A DNA stretch of 64,000 nt, taken from positions 4,288,001 to 4,352,000 of the forward strand of contig CAVTTN010000002.1 of assembly GCA_963737655.1 (NCBI GenBank), given 5' to 3'. Under the pieces are notes generated by a model. That model worked only from the letters and a program-made list of their open reading frames with translations, did not search any database and was not told the origin of the DNA. Numbering within the stretch: position 1 is the stretch's first letter; each line of letters opens with the position of its first letter. This DNA is from an uncultured Planctomycetota bacterium (GTDB lineage: Bacteria; Planctomycetota; Planctomycetia; Isosphaerales; Isosphaeraceae). The translations under genes and the position numbers were made by a program. Of the stretch, positions 20,573 through 31,649 are shown in pieces.

Positions 20573-21011
20573 TCAGGGCCGCCGCCGGCAGGGCCTCCAG
20601 GCCGCCGGTGGCCGCCATCACGACCAGGGTCGGGGCGGCGGCCGCGAGCCGGCGGACCAGCCCGGCGACGGCCTGGTCGGTCCGCGCGACGGCGAAGGGC
20701 GGCTCGCCGTCGAGGGCGACGTCGAGCCGATCCTTGGAGACGTCGATGCCGACGAAGCGCTCGGCCGGGGCCGGGGTGGGGGTGGGGGTGGTGTCCACGG
20801 CCTGCTCCGGGGTGGGGGTCGGGCCGACCTGCCCTGCCTTGCGTTCCGGCCTCGGGGGCCGAGCGACTATCCGGGCTTGGGTCGGGCGCCTGGGACGGGG
20901 CGGCGACCCGGGCTCTCCCGCGGCCTCCGACGACCTGAGGGCAGACGGCCTGCCGCCCCGTGTGCTCTTGCCTAGTTTGTCCACCACGACCCCCTTGTCT
21001 CAAGATACAAG
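20573..21011 (-). mobile_element. IS110-family remnant: left non-coding end plus truncated transposase (GTG at 20798)
   Basis: FVGIDVSKDRLDVA...VVMAATGGLE (DEDD N-terminus, E changed to A), cut by the IS66 end. The ~210-bp leader begins CT-TGTATC. Confidence 0.85.
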
Positions 21012-21174
21012 GGTAAGCTCCGCCTCAGAATGAAGAAGCGATCGACCCTGACGCTGGGGACGATCCAGGTTCGAGAGCAACCCCCACGGAGCCCGATTCG
21101 CCTTGGTGAATCGCCCCCCCGTCGGTACGATCCCCATCCCCCCGACGACCCCGGCCAGGGAGGGCCGCCGCCCG

Positions 21175-22229
21175 ATGGTCCCCGATCCGATCTGCCCGGC
21201 CTGCGCCTCGACGTTGCGACCGGGCCTCTCAGTCTGGTCGTGCCCCGGTTGCGACTCGCGGTTCCCGGCCCTCCGGGGCATCCCCGACCTCCGCACGGCC
21301 GACGACCTCTTCCGATCCAATCGCGACGACTGGGCGTTCGCCCGAGAGCTCGATTCGGCCTTCGACCGGCTGGACTTCCGGGGCCTGCTCGACCTGTATT
21401 TCGACCTGGAACCCGAAGTCCCGCCGGGGCTTCGCGATCGGCAGATCGGCCACATCCTCACGGCGCCCGGCCGGGCCGGTCAGTGGGTCGAGGCCCTGGG
21501 CGAATCCGGGCGAATCGGCCCGATCCTGGACCTCGGCTGCGGCTCGGGATCGTTCCTGGCGGCCCCGGCCGCCCGGAGCCTGCCGGCCGTCGGCGTCGAT
21601 ATCGCGCTGAGATGGCTCGTCGTGGCCCGGAAACGCCTGGACGAGGACGGCCTGGAGGCGGTCCGGCTCGTCTGCGCCTGCGCCGAACGCCTGCCGTTCC
21701 GCGACGCGGGCTTCTCCGGGATCGTCGCCGGGGACTCGATCGAGCACGTGGAGTCGGCCGAACGGACGATCGCCGAATCGCACCGGGTCCTCCGACCGGG
21801 AGGCCTCCTGGTGATGGCCACGCCGAACCGATTCAGCCTGGCGCCCAGCCCCACGTCGGCGCGTGGGGGGTCGGCTTCTTGCCAAGGCGTTTGATGGCCC
21901 CTTACGTTCGTTTTACGCGAAGAATGAACTTCCAGGCGATCCACACGCGGGGCCAGGACGAATGGAAACGTCTGCTGGAGCGGAGCCCGTTCGGAGGAGG
22001 CACGATCACCCCTCCGCCGATCCCCTCCGAGGACGTCCGCCGATTCGGCCCCGTGAAGCGTCGGCTCGCCGGCCTCTATCATGAGGCGATCGGCTGGAAG
22101 CCGGGACGGGCGCTGGCCCTGCGGTTCGGCCCTCTGTTCCACATGGCCTGCGAACGTCCGACCGGGCCGGTCCCGCGACCCACCCGAGCCACTCGCCGAC
22201 GGTCCACGCCGTCAGGAGCGCCCCGGTAA
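21175..22229 (+). CDS. Class I SAM-dependent methyltransferase with N-terminal zinc ribbon, frameshift near 21848
   Basis: CPAC..CPGC, ILDLGCGSG, AERLPF, RVLRPGG, TPNRFS. Continues as PHVGAWGVGFLPR in another frame. Confidence 0.85.
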
Positions 22230-23004
22230 GCGCCCCGGCATCGAAGAAGGCCCCTCCGCACCGTCGCTTTCGGAAAAGCGTCGCGATCAATCGAACGACC
22301 TGGGAGGCGAGCATCGCGGCCCCCAGGACGACCCGAATCCACCCGGAAATCCGCGAAGATCGGCCTGCCGAGAGCCTCCCGAAGCCGAACCCGAGCCGCA
22401 ACCGGTCATCGATCGCCTGTCGGAGAGGAATCTCTCGACGATGGATCACTCGGGCGCCCGGGAGCTCGCGGCACCCGCCTCGGAGGCCGGCGGCGACCTC
22501 CGATTCGTGAACGTCTCCGGGGCCGAGACGTCCCCGGCGGACCGCGAAGTTGTTCCCGGCCAACCGCGACGCGTCGCCTGGCCCGGTGGAATCCGCCAGG
22601 AACGGGGCATATTCGCAGAAGAACACGGCCCAATCGACGATCCCCGCTTCTTCTCGATGCCCGACCGGCCCCGAGGCGGCGAGGGTCGTCGGGTCCCGGA
22701 ACGCCTCGACCCAGGAATCGGCCCAGCCCGGCCCGACGTCGCAGGAATCCTCGGTGAACGCCACGACGTCGGCCGTCGCGAGTTCCAGCCCGAGGCGGCG
22801 AAGGCGGTGGGCGTCGTCGCGAGCCCCGCCGACGACGGCCCGGGCCCCCGGGATCGCTCGGCCGTCGGCCAGGCCGCCGCGGATCGCGACGATCACTTCC
22901 ACTCTCGGCGAGGGTCGTCCAATCGACTCGACGGATCGCCGGGCGGCGTCGGCCGATTCGGTCGCGGCGACGATCACGGACAACGCGGCCGTTCCCCCGG
23001 TCAT
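22006..23004 (-). CDS. Glycosyltransferase family 2 protein
   Basis: LSVIVAA, VAFTEDSC, WAVFFCEY, LAGNNFA. Paralogue of the upstream gene; start overlaps its stop. Confidence 0.8.
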   Translation of the reverse strand: MTGGTAALSVIVAATESADAARRSVESIGRPSPRVEVIVAIRGGLADGRAIPGARAVVGGARDDAHRLRRLGLELATADVVAFTEDSCDVGPGWADSWVEAFRDPTTLAASGPVGHREEAGIVDWAVFFCEYAPFLADSTGPGDASRLAGNNFAVRRGRLGPGDVHESEVAAGLRGGCRELPGARVIHRREIPLRQAIDDRLRLGFGFGRLSAGRSSRISGWIRVVLGAAMLASQVVRLIATLFRKRRCGGAFFDAGALTGALLTAWTVGEWLGWVAGPARSDVRRPCGTEGRTAGPAPVPASSRSPHDRGRRADASRGRIGGRPRRGSAEG

Positions 23005-23909
23005 TCCACCTTCGCCAGGCTCGAACCCGGGCCGATCAGGTAGCCGACCATCTCGCCGACCGCGCCGACGGTCAGGAACAGGGCGATCAGGGGTGAACAG
23101 ACGGCAAATTTGCCGAGATGTCTCCGTTTCGCCAGGGCGTTCCGGGTGACCCGGGCCATCAGCAAGCCGGGCAAGGCCGCCGAGCCGAAGCCGTAGACCA
23201 GCCGCTTCGCCCACGATTGATCCGGCCGCCTCATCCCGGCGTAAGACCGGGCGAAATGGAACCTCTGGGCGAGGAAATAGCCGAGGCGAAACGGCTTGAT
23301 GTGCCTCACGGCCGCGGCATTGGTCGAGGCGATCGGGACGCCGTCGGCGCGGAGGCGATCGTTGATCCAGGACTCCCATTTCCCCTCGTCCAGGACCTGC
23401 GCGTGCCTGAGCAAATGAGGGCGCTTGTACGCGATGTTGTTCCCCGGGAGGTCGGCGGCGGCGCCCTCGACGACGGGCCTCATGTAGGGGGTGTATTCGC
23501 AGAAGAAGACGGCCCAGTTGACCAGGCCGTCCCGGCCGTTCTCGACCGCCCCGCCGACGGCGCCCCAGGGGCCGTCGTGGGCCCGGATCATCGCGGAGGC
23601 CCATCCGGGCTCGACCTCGGCATGGTCCTCGATGATCGCCACGAGCGGGCCCGAGGCCCGTTTCACGCCGAGATACCGCAATCGGGGGATCGGCAAGCGG
23701 GTCGGCTGCTCGACCACCAGGACCGGGGGGTCCCGATCCGCCAGGCGATCGCCCAGGGTCCCTCCCGAGGCATCCACGACCACGACCTCGATCTGGTCCC
23801 GCTGGGCCAGGGCGTCGAGCGAGTCGAGCGTCGGGCCGAGGACGTCCCAGCCGTTCACGGCGGCGATCACGACGGATAGCGAGGGCTCGGCGATCGGCAT
23901 GGGTTCCAT
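23001..23909 (-). CDS. Glycosyltransferase family 2 protein
   Basis: LSVVIAA, EVVVVD, AIIEDH, WAVFFCEY, LPGNNIAY. Confidence 0.88.
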   Translation of the reverse strand: MEPMPIAEPSLSVVIAAVNGWDVLGPTLDSLDALAQRDQIEVVVVDASGGTLGDRLADRDPPVLVVEQPTRLPIPRLRYLGVKRASGPLVAIIEDHAEVEPGWASAMIRAHDGPWGAVGGAVENGRDGLVNWAVFFCEYTPYMRPVVEGAAADLPGNNIAYKRPHLLRHAQVLDEGKWESWINDRLRADGVPIASTNAAAVRHIKPFRLGYFLAQRFHFARSYAGMRRPDQSWAKRLVYGFGSAALPGLLMARVTRNALAKRRHLGKFAVCSPLIALFLTVGAVGEMVGYLIGPGSSLAKVE

Positions 23910-23998
23910 CCCGGGGGGCGAGGGATCAATCCTGGCGGACGGGCATCCTACCGACCGGCTCGATCCTCGGCAACGCGAGCTGGGGATGGCCGAGGGCC

Positions 23999-26797
23999 TC
24001 AGGCCTTGGCCACGGCCTCGGCGGTGAACCTGGCGGCGGAGGCCCTGGGCCGCGTCAGCGGCTTCAGCGGGAGGTGGACCCGGAACGTGGTCCCCTGGCC
24101 GGGCGTCGAATCGACCTCGATCGTCCCCCCGTGGTCCTGGACGATCCCGTAGCTGATCGACAGGCCCAGGCCCGTGCCCACGCCCACCGGCTTGGTGGTG
24201 AAGAAGGGGTCAAATATCCGCTCGCGGACCGCCGGCTCGATCCCGGTCCCCCGGTCCTCGACCTCGATCAGCACCCCTCCGGACTCGACGTTGGTGCGGA
24301 TCGTGACCACCCCGGCCTCGTGGCTGGCGTCGATCGCATTCGACAGCAGGTTCATGATGACCTGGTTGATTTTCGCCGGATAGCACGTGACCAGGGGGAG
24401 GGGGTTGAGCGCCTGCTCGATGGTGACCTGCTTCTTCTTGGCGTGCCCCAGGACGATATTGATCGTCGAGCCCATCCCGGCGTTGAGGTCCACCTCGTTG
24501 AGGTCCGACTCGTCGAGCCGGGCGAAGACGCGGAGGTCCTTGACGATCTGCTGGATCCGGTTGAGGCCCTCTCGGGTCCGGGAGAGGAGGCCGGGGAGGT
24601 TGTGGAGCGTGTAGTCCAGGTCCACGCGGTCCCAGAGCTCGCGGACCCGGGCGAGGACCTCCGGGTTGCAGGCGGCGAGGCTGTCGTCGGCCTGGCGATA
24701 GAGGGCGATGACCTCCTCGACGTCGGCCAGGTCGCGCTGGAGGACGCAGACGTTGTTGCTGACGAAGGCCAGGGGATTGTTGATCTCGTGGGCCACCCCG
24801 GCGACCATCTCGCCCAGCCCGGCGAGCTTGGCGGTCTGGACCATCCGGCTCTGCGCCTGCTTGAGCTCCTGGTGGGCCCTCCGTTCGGATCGGGCCATCT
24901 CCTGGAGCTGGAGGTTCTGCTCGCGGAGCTTCTCCTCGGAGTCCTTCCTCAGGGTGATGTCCGACAGCGAGCCGGCCATCCTCGTGGCCCGGCCCGAGGG
25001 GTTCCAGACCGCCTGCCCTCGGGCCTGGTACCAGAGGTATTCGCCCGATCGGGTCTTCGCCCGGTATTCCACGTCGAACGGGGCGTGGAGCCTCAGGTGG
25101 GCCCGGATCCTCTGATCGAACCGCTCTCGGTCGTCGGGGTGGATCCGGCCGTGGTGGGCCTCGACGGTGTTGGGGAACTCCTTGTCGGGGAAGCCCAGGA
25201 GCTCCTTGAATCGGGGGGAGTAATAGATCTCGTCGGTCTCCACGTTCCAGTCCCAGAGGCCGTCGTTGGAGCCCCGGACGGCCATCGCGAACCGCTCCTC
25301 GCTCCGGGCGAGCTCCTCCTCGGCCCGTTTCTTGCCGGTGACGTCCCAGAAGATCCCCTGGATCCCGGCCACTTCGCCGTGGGAATCGACCACCGGGGCC
25401 TTGATGACCTGGACGTAGTGGGTCTTGCCGTCCGGGGTCACGTGGCGTTCCATCGCCTCCAGGGGCAGGCCGCTCTCGATGACTTTCAGGTCGTCGCCCC
25501 GGTACTTCTCGGCGAGCTCGGGCGGGAAGAAGTCGAAGTCGGTCCGGCCGATGACCTCGTCTCGGGTCCGGCCGATCGTGGCGCAGAACCGGCCGTTGAC
25601 GAAAGTGAACCGCTCGTCGCATCCCTTGCGGAAGATGTTCTGGGGGAGGGTCTCGACCAGCGAATGATAGAGGGCCTCGGAGTCCTTCCGGGCCGTCTCG
25701 ACCCTCTCCCTCTCCTCGAACTGGGACTGCAGGCCGGTCTGGAGCCGGGACAGGCGTCGATTCAGGCGGACCACGTAGGCCGTGGCCCCGGCCAGCCCCA
25801 GGATCAGGACCAGGGCCGAGAGCACCCACCAGCGATGAGACCGGACGGCCTCGGCCAGGGTGATCTGGCCCACGGTGTCGTAGGGCGGCAGCTTGAGCTC
25901 GCGGAGGGCCTCGTGGACCGGCCGGTAATTCTGGGGGATCGTCCAGCCCGCCGACTCGGCGGCCTTCGACGCCGGGTCGGCCGGCGAGAGCTTGAGCAGG
26001 GCGATGGTGACCTTCTGCGCCAGGTCGTCGGGCGTCCCCCGGACCGCCGCCAGGGGCCACTCGGGGTAGAGCTCGGTGGACCGGGGCAGCGGATAGCTCG
26101 CGTCCGGCGGCTGCCGGTTCAGGATGCGGAACTTGCTCGCGTCGATCCGTTCCAGCTCGTCGGACCGGACCGTCCCGGCGTCGGCCTTCCCATCGAGGAT
26201 CGCCTGCGTCACCCCCCCGTGGGTCCCTTCCCAGAGGAGCTCGCGGAAATCCCGCTTCGGGTCGATCCCCGCCCGGGCGATCTCGCGATACGCCAGCAGC
26301 CAGCCGCCGAACGACCCGGGATCGACGGCCGCGAACCGCTGGCCCTTGAGGTCGGAGAGGCGGACCAGGTCGGTCCGGTCGGCCCGGGCCAGGATCACCG
26401 CCCCTTCCAGCTTGCAGGCGATGCCCGCGTGGAAGGTCTGGAGGGTCAGGATCCTCATCGCCTGGTGCCGGGTCTCGTAGATGATGTACTCCCACGGGTT
26501 GGTCAGGACGAAATCGACCCGGCGCTCGGCCACGGCCGAATCGACCTCCTCGAACCGCAAGGGGACGACCTCGAACCTCTCGGTGGGGATCTCCGATTCG
26601 AGGTAGCGGGCCGTCGGCTCCCACATCTGCCTGGCCTTGTCGACGCCGAGGTGGGCGAGGAACCCGAGGCGGACGGGGCGGCGGGGCGGCCCGTCCTGGC
26701 CGAAGGCGGCCGGGCGGATCGCGGCGAAGGCCAGGAGCAGGAGAAGGGCGGTCCTCATGAATGCAAGCGCTCGGGGACCCGGAGCCGGGCCGGTCAT
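23999..26797 (-). CDS. Sensor histidine kinase with PhnD-like periplasmic binding domain and two PAS domains
   Basis: Signal peptide, VDFVLTNP, SFGGW, YPEWP, TM helix, 2 PAS domains, AGVAHEINNP, NLLSNAID, FDPFFTTK, GTGLGL. Confidence 0.92.
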   Translation of the reverse strand: MTGPAPGPRALAFMRTALLLLLAFAAIRPAAFGQDGPPRRPVRLGFLAHLGVDKARQMWEPTARYLESEIPTERFEVVPLRFEEVDSAVAERRVDFVLTNPWEYIIYETRHQAMRILTLQTFHAGIACKLEGAVILARADRTDLVRLSDLKGQRFAAVDPGSFGGWLLAYREIARAGIDPKRDFRELLWEGTHGGVTQAILDGKADAGTVRSDELERIDASKFRILNRQPPDASYPLPRSTELYPEWPLAAVRGTPDDLAQKVTIALLKLSPADPASKAAESAGWTIPQNYRPVHEALRELKLPPYDTVGQITLAEAVRSHRWWVLSALVLILGLAGATAYVVRLNRRLSRLQTGLQSQFEERERVETARKDSEALYHSLVETLPQNIFRKGCDERFTFVNGRFCATIGRTRDEVIGRTDFDFFPPELAEKYRGDDLKVIESGLPLEAMERHVTPDGKTHYVQVIKAPVVDSHGEVAGIQGIFWDVTGKKRAEEELARSEERFAMAVRGSNDGLWDWNVETDEIYYSPRFKELLGFPDKEFPNTVEAHHGRIHPDDRERFDQRIRAHLRLHAPFDVEYRAKTRSGEYLWYQARGQAVWNPSGRATRMAGSLSDITLRKDSEEKLREQNLQLQEMARSERRAHQELKQAQSRMVQTAKLAGLGEMVAGVAHEINNPLAFVSNNVCVLQRDLADVEEVIALYRQADDSLAACNPEVLARVRELWDRVDLDYTLHNLPGLLSRTREGLNRIQQIVKDLRVFARLDESDLNEVDLNAGMGSTINIVLGHAKKKQVTIEQALNPLPLVTCYPAKINQVIMNLLSNAIDASHEAGVVTIRTNVESGGVLIEVEDRGTGIEPAVRERIFDPFFTTKPVGVGTGLGLSISYGIVQDHGGTIEVDSTPGQGTTFRVHLPLKPLTRPRASAARFTAEAVAKA

Positions 26798-27551
26798 CGG
26801 CCGTCGGCCTCGGGGTCCGGGGAATAGTAGCGGATGTCCTCGCCGGAAAGGACGCGATCCACGGCTTCCTGGACGGTCCTCAGGAGATCCACCGTCGCCG
26901 GGTCGGCGGCGAGGAGGGCGGGCCCGTCGGTCAGGAGCACCTGTCCCTCGAATGCCAGCCGGTGGAGGGCGTAGGCGAGCCCGCGATCGAGCCGATCGGC
27001 CTCGCGGAGCTGCCCTTCCAGCCCGGCCAGGGCCCGGAGCAACTCGGCCGCCTCCTCGGGAGCGACCCTCTCGCCCCGGCGAAGGCTGGGCAGCAGGGCC
27101 GACGGGTCCGAATCCCCCGAGGCCGCGTGGCGGAGGATGATCTCCTGAGCGGTCTCCGGGCCGTCGGACGAGCCCGGAGCCCCGGCGCCACGAACTTCGG
27201 GGCCTCGTCGTCGGCCTTCCGGGCCGAGGCGGACCATTCGGCGAGGTAATCCGGGTCGCTGGCCAGGGCGTCCAGGCTCCGGAGAGGGCCTCGACGGACC
27301 TCCTCTTCCTCGGCCTTGACCTGCCCCTCCTCGGCCTCGATCGCCCTTCGGAGCAGGTCTTCGCAGAACGATTGGACCGTCCGATGCCCGCCCCTCATCG
27401 CCAGGGCCTCCGCCGCGTCGAGGGTGCGCCCCGGGAGGTACAGCGAGAGCAATTGCGGCTCGGCGTGGGGGTCGGGCGGCCTCTTCTCCCCGGTCCGGTA
27501 GATGCCGGGGAGCCTGCGGAACCGGGAGAATCGCGGGCGATTGGGCGGCAC
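26794..27551 (-). CDS. Hypothetical protein, frameshift near 27182
   Basis: Two abutting protein-like frames (…LDALASDPDYLAEW… and …LAYALHRLAFEGQVLL…) that join at a G-run. Confidence 0.6.
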
Positions 27552-27609
27552 GGGTCGCTCCGAAGGAATCGGATCGGACAACCGACGCTCCGAACGATCC
27601 GGGCGGGGC

Positions 27610-29073
27610 TCAGGCCGACGCGCGATGGCCGGGCGTCTTCTTCTCCAGGCAGGCCGAGCCCGAAGGCAGCATCTTCTCCGGGCTGCACCGCCCATCCGGG
27701 TTGAACACCGACCGCAGGGCGGCCATCGCCGCCAGGTCGTCGGGGGAGAACAGTCGGGTCATCAGGCTGATCTTCTCCACGCCGATGCCGTGCTCGCCGG
27801 TCACGCTGCCCCCGCAGGCGATGCATTCCTCCAGGATCTCGTGGCTGGCCTCCAGGACCCGCCGGACCTGCTCGGGGTCTCGCTCATCGAAGAGTAAGAT
27901 AGGATGGATATTCCCATCCCCGGCGTGAAAAACGTTGGCGATCCGCAGGTTGTGGAACTCGCCGATCCGGGTGATCTGGCGGAGGATATGCGGCAGCTTC
28001 GTCCGCGGGACCACGCCGTCCTGGGTGCAGAACGTCGGGCTCAGGCGGCCGATGGCGCCGAAGGCCGATTTGCGGCTCTTCCAGATCGCCACGTATTCCG
28101 GCTCCTTCCGGGTCCTCCAGGGGATCGATTTCTGGACGGACCCGCCGTTCTGGCGGACGATCTCGGCGATGGCGTGGGCCTCGCGGTCCAGGCCCGCCTC
28201 CAGGCCGTCGGTCTCGATGATCAGGACCGCGCCGGCCTCGGTCGGGAAGCCGAACCCGAACGCCTGCTCGATGGCCCGGATCATGAGGTTGTCGAGCATC
28301 TCCAGGGCCGCCGGGACGATCCCCGAGCCGATGATCCCGCTGACGGTGGCCGTGGCGTCGTCCACCGAGTCGAACACGCCGAGGAACGTCCGGCCCGCCT
28401 CGGGGTCCCTCGTGAGGTTCACGATCACCTTCGTCGCGATCCCGAACGTCCCCTCGTTGCCCACGACCAGGCCGGTCAGGTCGTACCCCGGAGGATCTTG
28501 CCCAAGCCCCCCCACCTCCAGGATCGAGCCGTCGGGCAGGACGAGCTCGACCCCCAGGACGTGGTTGACCGTCACCCCATACTTCAACGTGTGAGGGCCG
28601 CCCGAATTCGTCGCCACGTTCCCGCCGATCGTGCAGGCCGACTGGCTCGACGGATCGGGCGCATAGTGGAACCCCGAGCCGCCCAGGGCCCGGGTCAGCC
28701 ACACGTTCACCACGCCCGGCTCGACGATGGCGTAGCGGTCCCGGGTGTTGACTTCCAGGATCCGCTTCATCCGGGTCAGGCAGATCATCACGCCGCCGCC
28801 GACGGCCAGGGTCCCGCCCGCCAGGCTCGTCCCGGCGCCTCGGGGGACGAACGGAACGTCATACCGATTACAGAGTTTCACCACCTCGACGACGTGATCC
28901 CGGCAGGTGGGGAAGACCACCACGTCGGGCACGTTCTTCTCGATCACGAAGCCGTCGCACTCATACACGACGAGCTCGTCGTGGTCGTGAAGCAGATTCT
29001 CCGCGCCGACGATCGCCTCGAGGTCGGCCAGGAGGGATCGGCTCAGGGTCGACGGAGGAGGAGCGACGGACAT
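27610..29073 (-). CDS. glcD: FAD-linked oxidase, glycolate oxidase subunit GlcD
   Basis: PRGAGTSLAGG, APDPSSQ..CTIGGN, HAGDGNIHP, GEHGIGVEK. Confidence 0.9.
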   Translation of the reverse strand: MSVAPPPSTLSRSLLADLEAIVGAENLLHDHDELVVYECDGFVIEKNVPDVVVFPTCRDHVVEVVKLCNRYDVPFVPRGAGTSLAGGTLAVGGGVMICLTRMKRILEVNTRDRYAIVEPGVVNVWLTRALGGSGFHYAPDPSSQSACTIGGNVATNSGGPHTLKYGVTVNHVLGVELVLPDGSILEVGGLGQDPPGYDLTGLVVGNEGTFGIATKVIVNLTRDPEAGRTFLGVFDSVDDATATVSGIIGSGIVPAALEMLDNLMIRAIEQAFGFGFPTEAGAVLIIETDGLEAGLDREAHAIAEIVRQNGGSVQKSIPWRTRKEPEYVAIWKSRKSAFGAIGRLSPTFCTQDGVVPRTKLPHILRQITRIGEFHNLRIANVFHAGDGNIHPILLFDERDPEQVRRVLEASHEILEECIACGGSVTGEHGIGVEKISLMTRLFSPDDLAAMAALRSVFNPDGRCSPEKMLPSGSACLEKKTPGHRASA

Positions 29074-30059
29074 GAGTGGCGGCTCGCATCGGGAAAAGGG
29101 CCCGGACCTTCCCAGCGTATCACCGGGCCGGTCGACTTGCCAGGGGGAGACAATCGCGGGAAGGGTCGATCCATTGTTGGCGTCCGCAGGCACGCGGAGC
29201 GTGCAAGACGGCATTCCCACGCCGAGCGTGGGGACGAGGGAGTTCCGACGTCACCACCAATCCGGACTCATGAGCCAGGCGGACCCTGCGAAATTCATGG
29301 GCTTTTCTACCGAGCAATCCGACACCATTCCCCCCAGACCCGGGACCGCGAGGCGCCCGCGACGCTTCGCGTTACTCACGGATCATCGCGAGCGAGGCCC
29401 TCGACGATCACCAAATCCGTCGGCATCGCGCCTCCCATGATTCGAGTCATCATGTCAAGAAACTAAAGCTCGGTAATTCCTGGATGAATCGCGAGTCGCA
29501 GGGGCATGCGCGCTTTTTCGCGAAATCGGGGCCGATCGGGCCGCGGATCGATCCGCCGCATCTTGTTTCGGAGACAGAAATTGCGAATTTCAAAAACAAA
29601 TATGAAAACACGAGCGCTCATGCTCGCGCACGAGTCGATGCGCACGCGAATCCGGCCTGATTCCCGCCCTTTTCGCGATTTCCGGACGAAATGTGTAGTC
29701 AACTTCCCGGCGTCGAGGAATTGCGAATCTCTGATGAGCTTAAAAGTTGATCGCAAGAACACATTTTCCGAGCATTTCGCCTGTCGAGAATCCGGCCGGG
29801 TCCGCATGAATCAAGAAATTGCGCCTACCTAAAATTTCCTTGTTTCCTTGCACGTCCCTTCATTCGTCAGGCCAGACCTTGCCTGCCCCGCACGGACGTT
29901 CAACGGACTCTCCTCGATCGGTCCCCGTCCACGAAGCGTTCGACGGATGTGCCTGCGTCTCCTTGCAAGGTCAAGGTCGATGCAGGCTGCCCCATCCCCC
30001 GATCGTCCCGCCGCGAGGGCCGGACCCTGGGGCGAGGGGGAGACGCCGTCGTCGCTCCG

Positions 30060-31526
30060 TCAACTTTCGGACTCGCGGCAGCGGTCGCATCGGCCGCATC
30101 GGGCGAAGGAGCGCTCGTCGTCGAAGTAGTCGAGCAGGGTGGCCCATCGGCAGGCGGAGGTCTCGGCGAACTCGACCATCCGCCTCTGCTTGAGCTTGTC
30201 CATCTCGTCTCGCTCGCGATACGAGCCGGCGAGTCGCTCCAGCTCCGGGGGCGAGAGCCCGGGCTGGAGGAGCTTCAGGCGGCCGTCCTCGGTCTCCTCG
30301 ACGATGTCCCGGCCCTTGAACAGGGCGAGGGCGACCTTCATCCGGGTCTTCGCCAGGGGGGAGATGGCCTGGAGTTCGGCCGGAGAGGGCGGCTCGGGGC
30401 GGTCGGCCAGGCGTTTCAGGGCGTGGTGGGCGTTCACCAGGTCGTCGCCGGAGGGATACCGGCCGCCCTGGAAGAACTTCTGGAGCTTCGAATCCGCCGG
30501 GTCGAACAGGAGGGTGGCCCACGAGGGCAGGCCGTCGCGACCGGCCCGGCCGATCTCCTGATAATACGCCTCGATCGTCCCCGGCAGATTGTAGTGGATC
30601 ACGAACCGGATGTCGGGCTTGTCGATCCCCAGGCCGAAGGCGTTGGTGGCGACCATCGCCTTGACCTCCCCTCTCATGAAGCGGTCCTGGCTGGCCGTGC
30701 GTTCGGCGGGCCTGAGCTTGCCGTGGTAGGTGGCGACCTCCAGGCCGTTGCGGGCGAGGAACTCGGCGACCTCGGCCACGGCCTTGACCGTCGCGGCGTA
30801 GATGATGCCCGTGCCCTCGGACTTCGCCAGGGTCTTCAGGAGGATCGACTTGCGGTCCGGCCCGTCGGCGACGGGGATCACGGCCAGGTCGAGGTTCTCG
30901 CGATCGAACCCGGTGTGGACGACCTCCGCCTCGGGGATGTGGAGGCTCCGGCGGATGTCGGCGATCACGTCGCTGGTGGCCGTGGCCGTCAGGGCGAGGA
31001 CCGGGGGCCGCCCGAGCTCGCCGATGTACGAGCCGAGCGAGAGGTATTCGGGCCGGAAGTCGTGGCCCCACTGGCTCAGGCAATGGGCCTCGTCGACGAC
31101 GAACAGGTCGATCGTGTTGGTCTTCAACAAGGCCCGGAACTGGGGGTCGGCCATCCGTTCGGGCGTGGTGTAGACGAACTCGGCGCGGGCCTCGGCGATC
31201 ATGGCCTCGGCCTCTCGCCTCTCGGCCGCGCTCAAGGTGCTGTTGACCGTGGCGACGTCGACGCCCCGTTCGCGGAGGGCGTCGGCCTGGTCCTTCATCA
31301 GGGCGATCAGAGGGCTGACGACGACGGTCGTCCCGGGCAGATGCAGGGCCGGCAACTGGAAGCACAGGCTCTTCCCCGAGCCGGTGGGCATGATCACGAT
31401 CGTGTCGCGCCCCTCGATGGCGGCCTGGACGGCCCTCCTCTGCCCGGGACGGAACCGGCGGAACCCGAAATGGTCGCGCAGGATGTCCCGGACGTCCGTC
31501 CCCACCAACGCCGTCGCCTCGCTCAT
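30060..31526 (-). CDS. recQ: RecQ-family ATP-dependent DNA helicase (short form)
   Basis: [43 protein letters not shown]-terminal CR...CGRCDRC. Confidence 0.92.
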   Translation of the reverse strand: MSEATALVGTDVRDILRDHFGFRRFRPGQRRAVQAAIEGRDTIVIMPTGSGKSLCFQLPALHLPGTTVVVSPLIALMKDQADALRERGVDVATVNSTLSAAERREAEAMIAEARAEFVYTTPERMADPQFRALLKTNTIDLFVVDEAHCLSQWGHDFRPEYLSLGSYIGELGRPPVLALTATATSDVIADIRRSLHIPEAEVVHTGFDRENLDLAVIPVADGPDRKSILLKTLAKSEGTGIIYAATVKAVAEVAEFLARNGLEVATYHGKLRPAERTASQDRFMRGEVKAMVATNAFGLGIDKPDIRFVIHYNLPGTIEAYYQEIGRAGRDGLPSWATLLFDPADSKLQKFFQGGRYPSGDDLVNAHHALKRLADRPEPPSPAELQAISPLAKTRMKVALALFKGRDIVEETEDGRLKLLQPGLSPPELERLAGSYRERDEMDKLKQRRMVEFAETSACRWATLLDYFDDERSFARCGRCDRCRESES

Positions 31527-31649
31527 GATATCGCCCCGTCGCCGGATCGCGTCGTCCCGGGACGCATGGACGCAACTCCGGGGCCGGCCGGGCCGATTTT
31601 CGAGTTCGCACATCCTTTCTTGCTTTCCGGATCGATCCTTCCGGATCGA

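Noticed and set aside
24074..26827. Long antisense or alternate-frame ORFs (also 29949-32111, 56645-59248, 60633-63089, 62704-63945)
   Set aside because: They shadow well-supported genes. Stop codons are rare at this GC content, and the translations have no recognisable motifs.
29440..29850. AT-rich intergenic stretch as an ncRNA or MITE
   Set aside because: Only a weak terminal similarity, no TSD and no recognisable RNA motif. Left unassigned.
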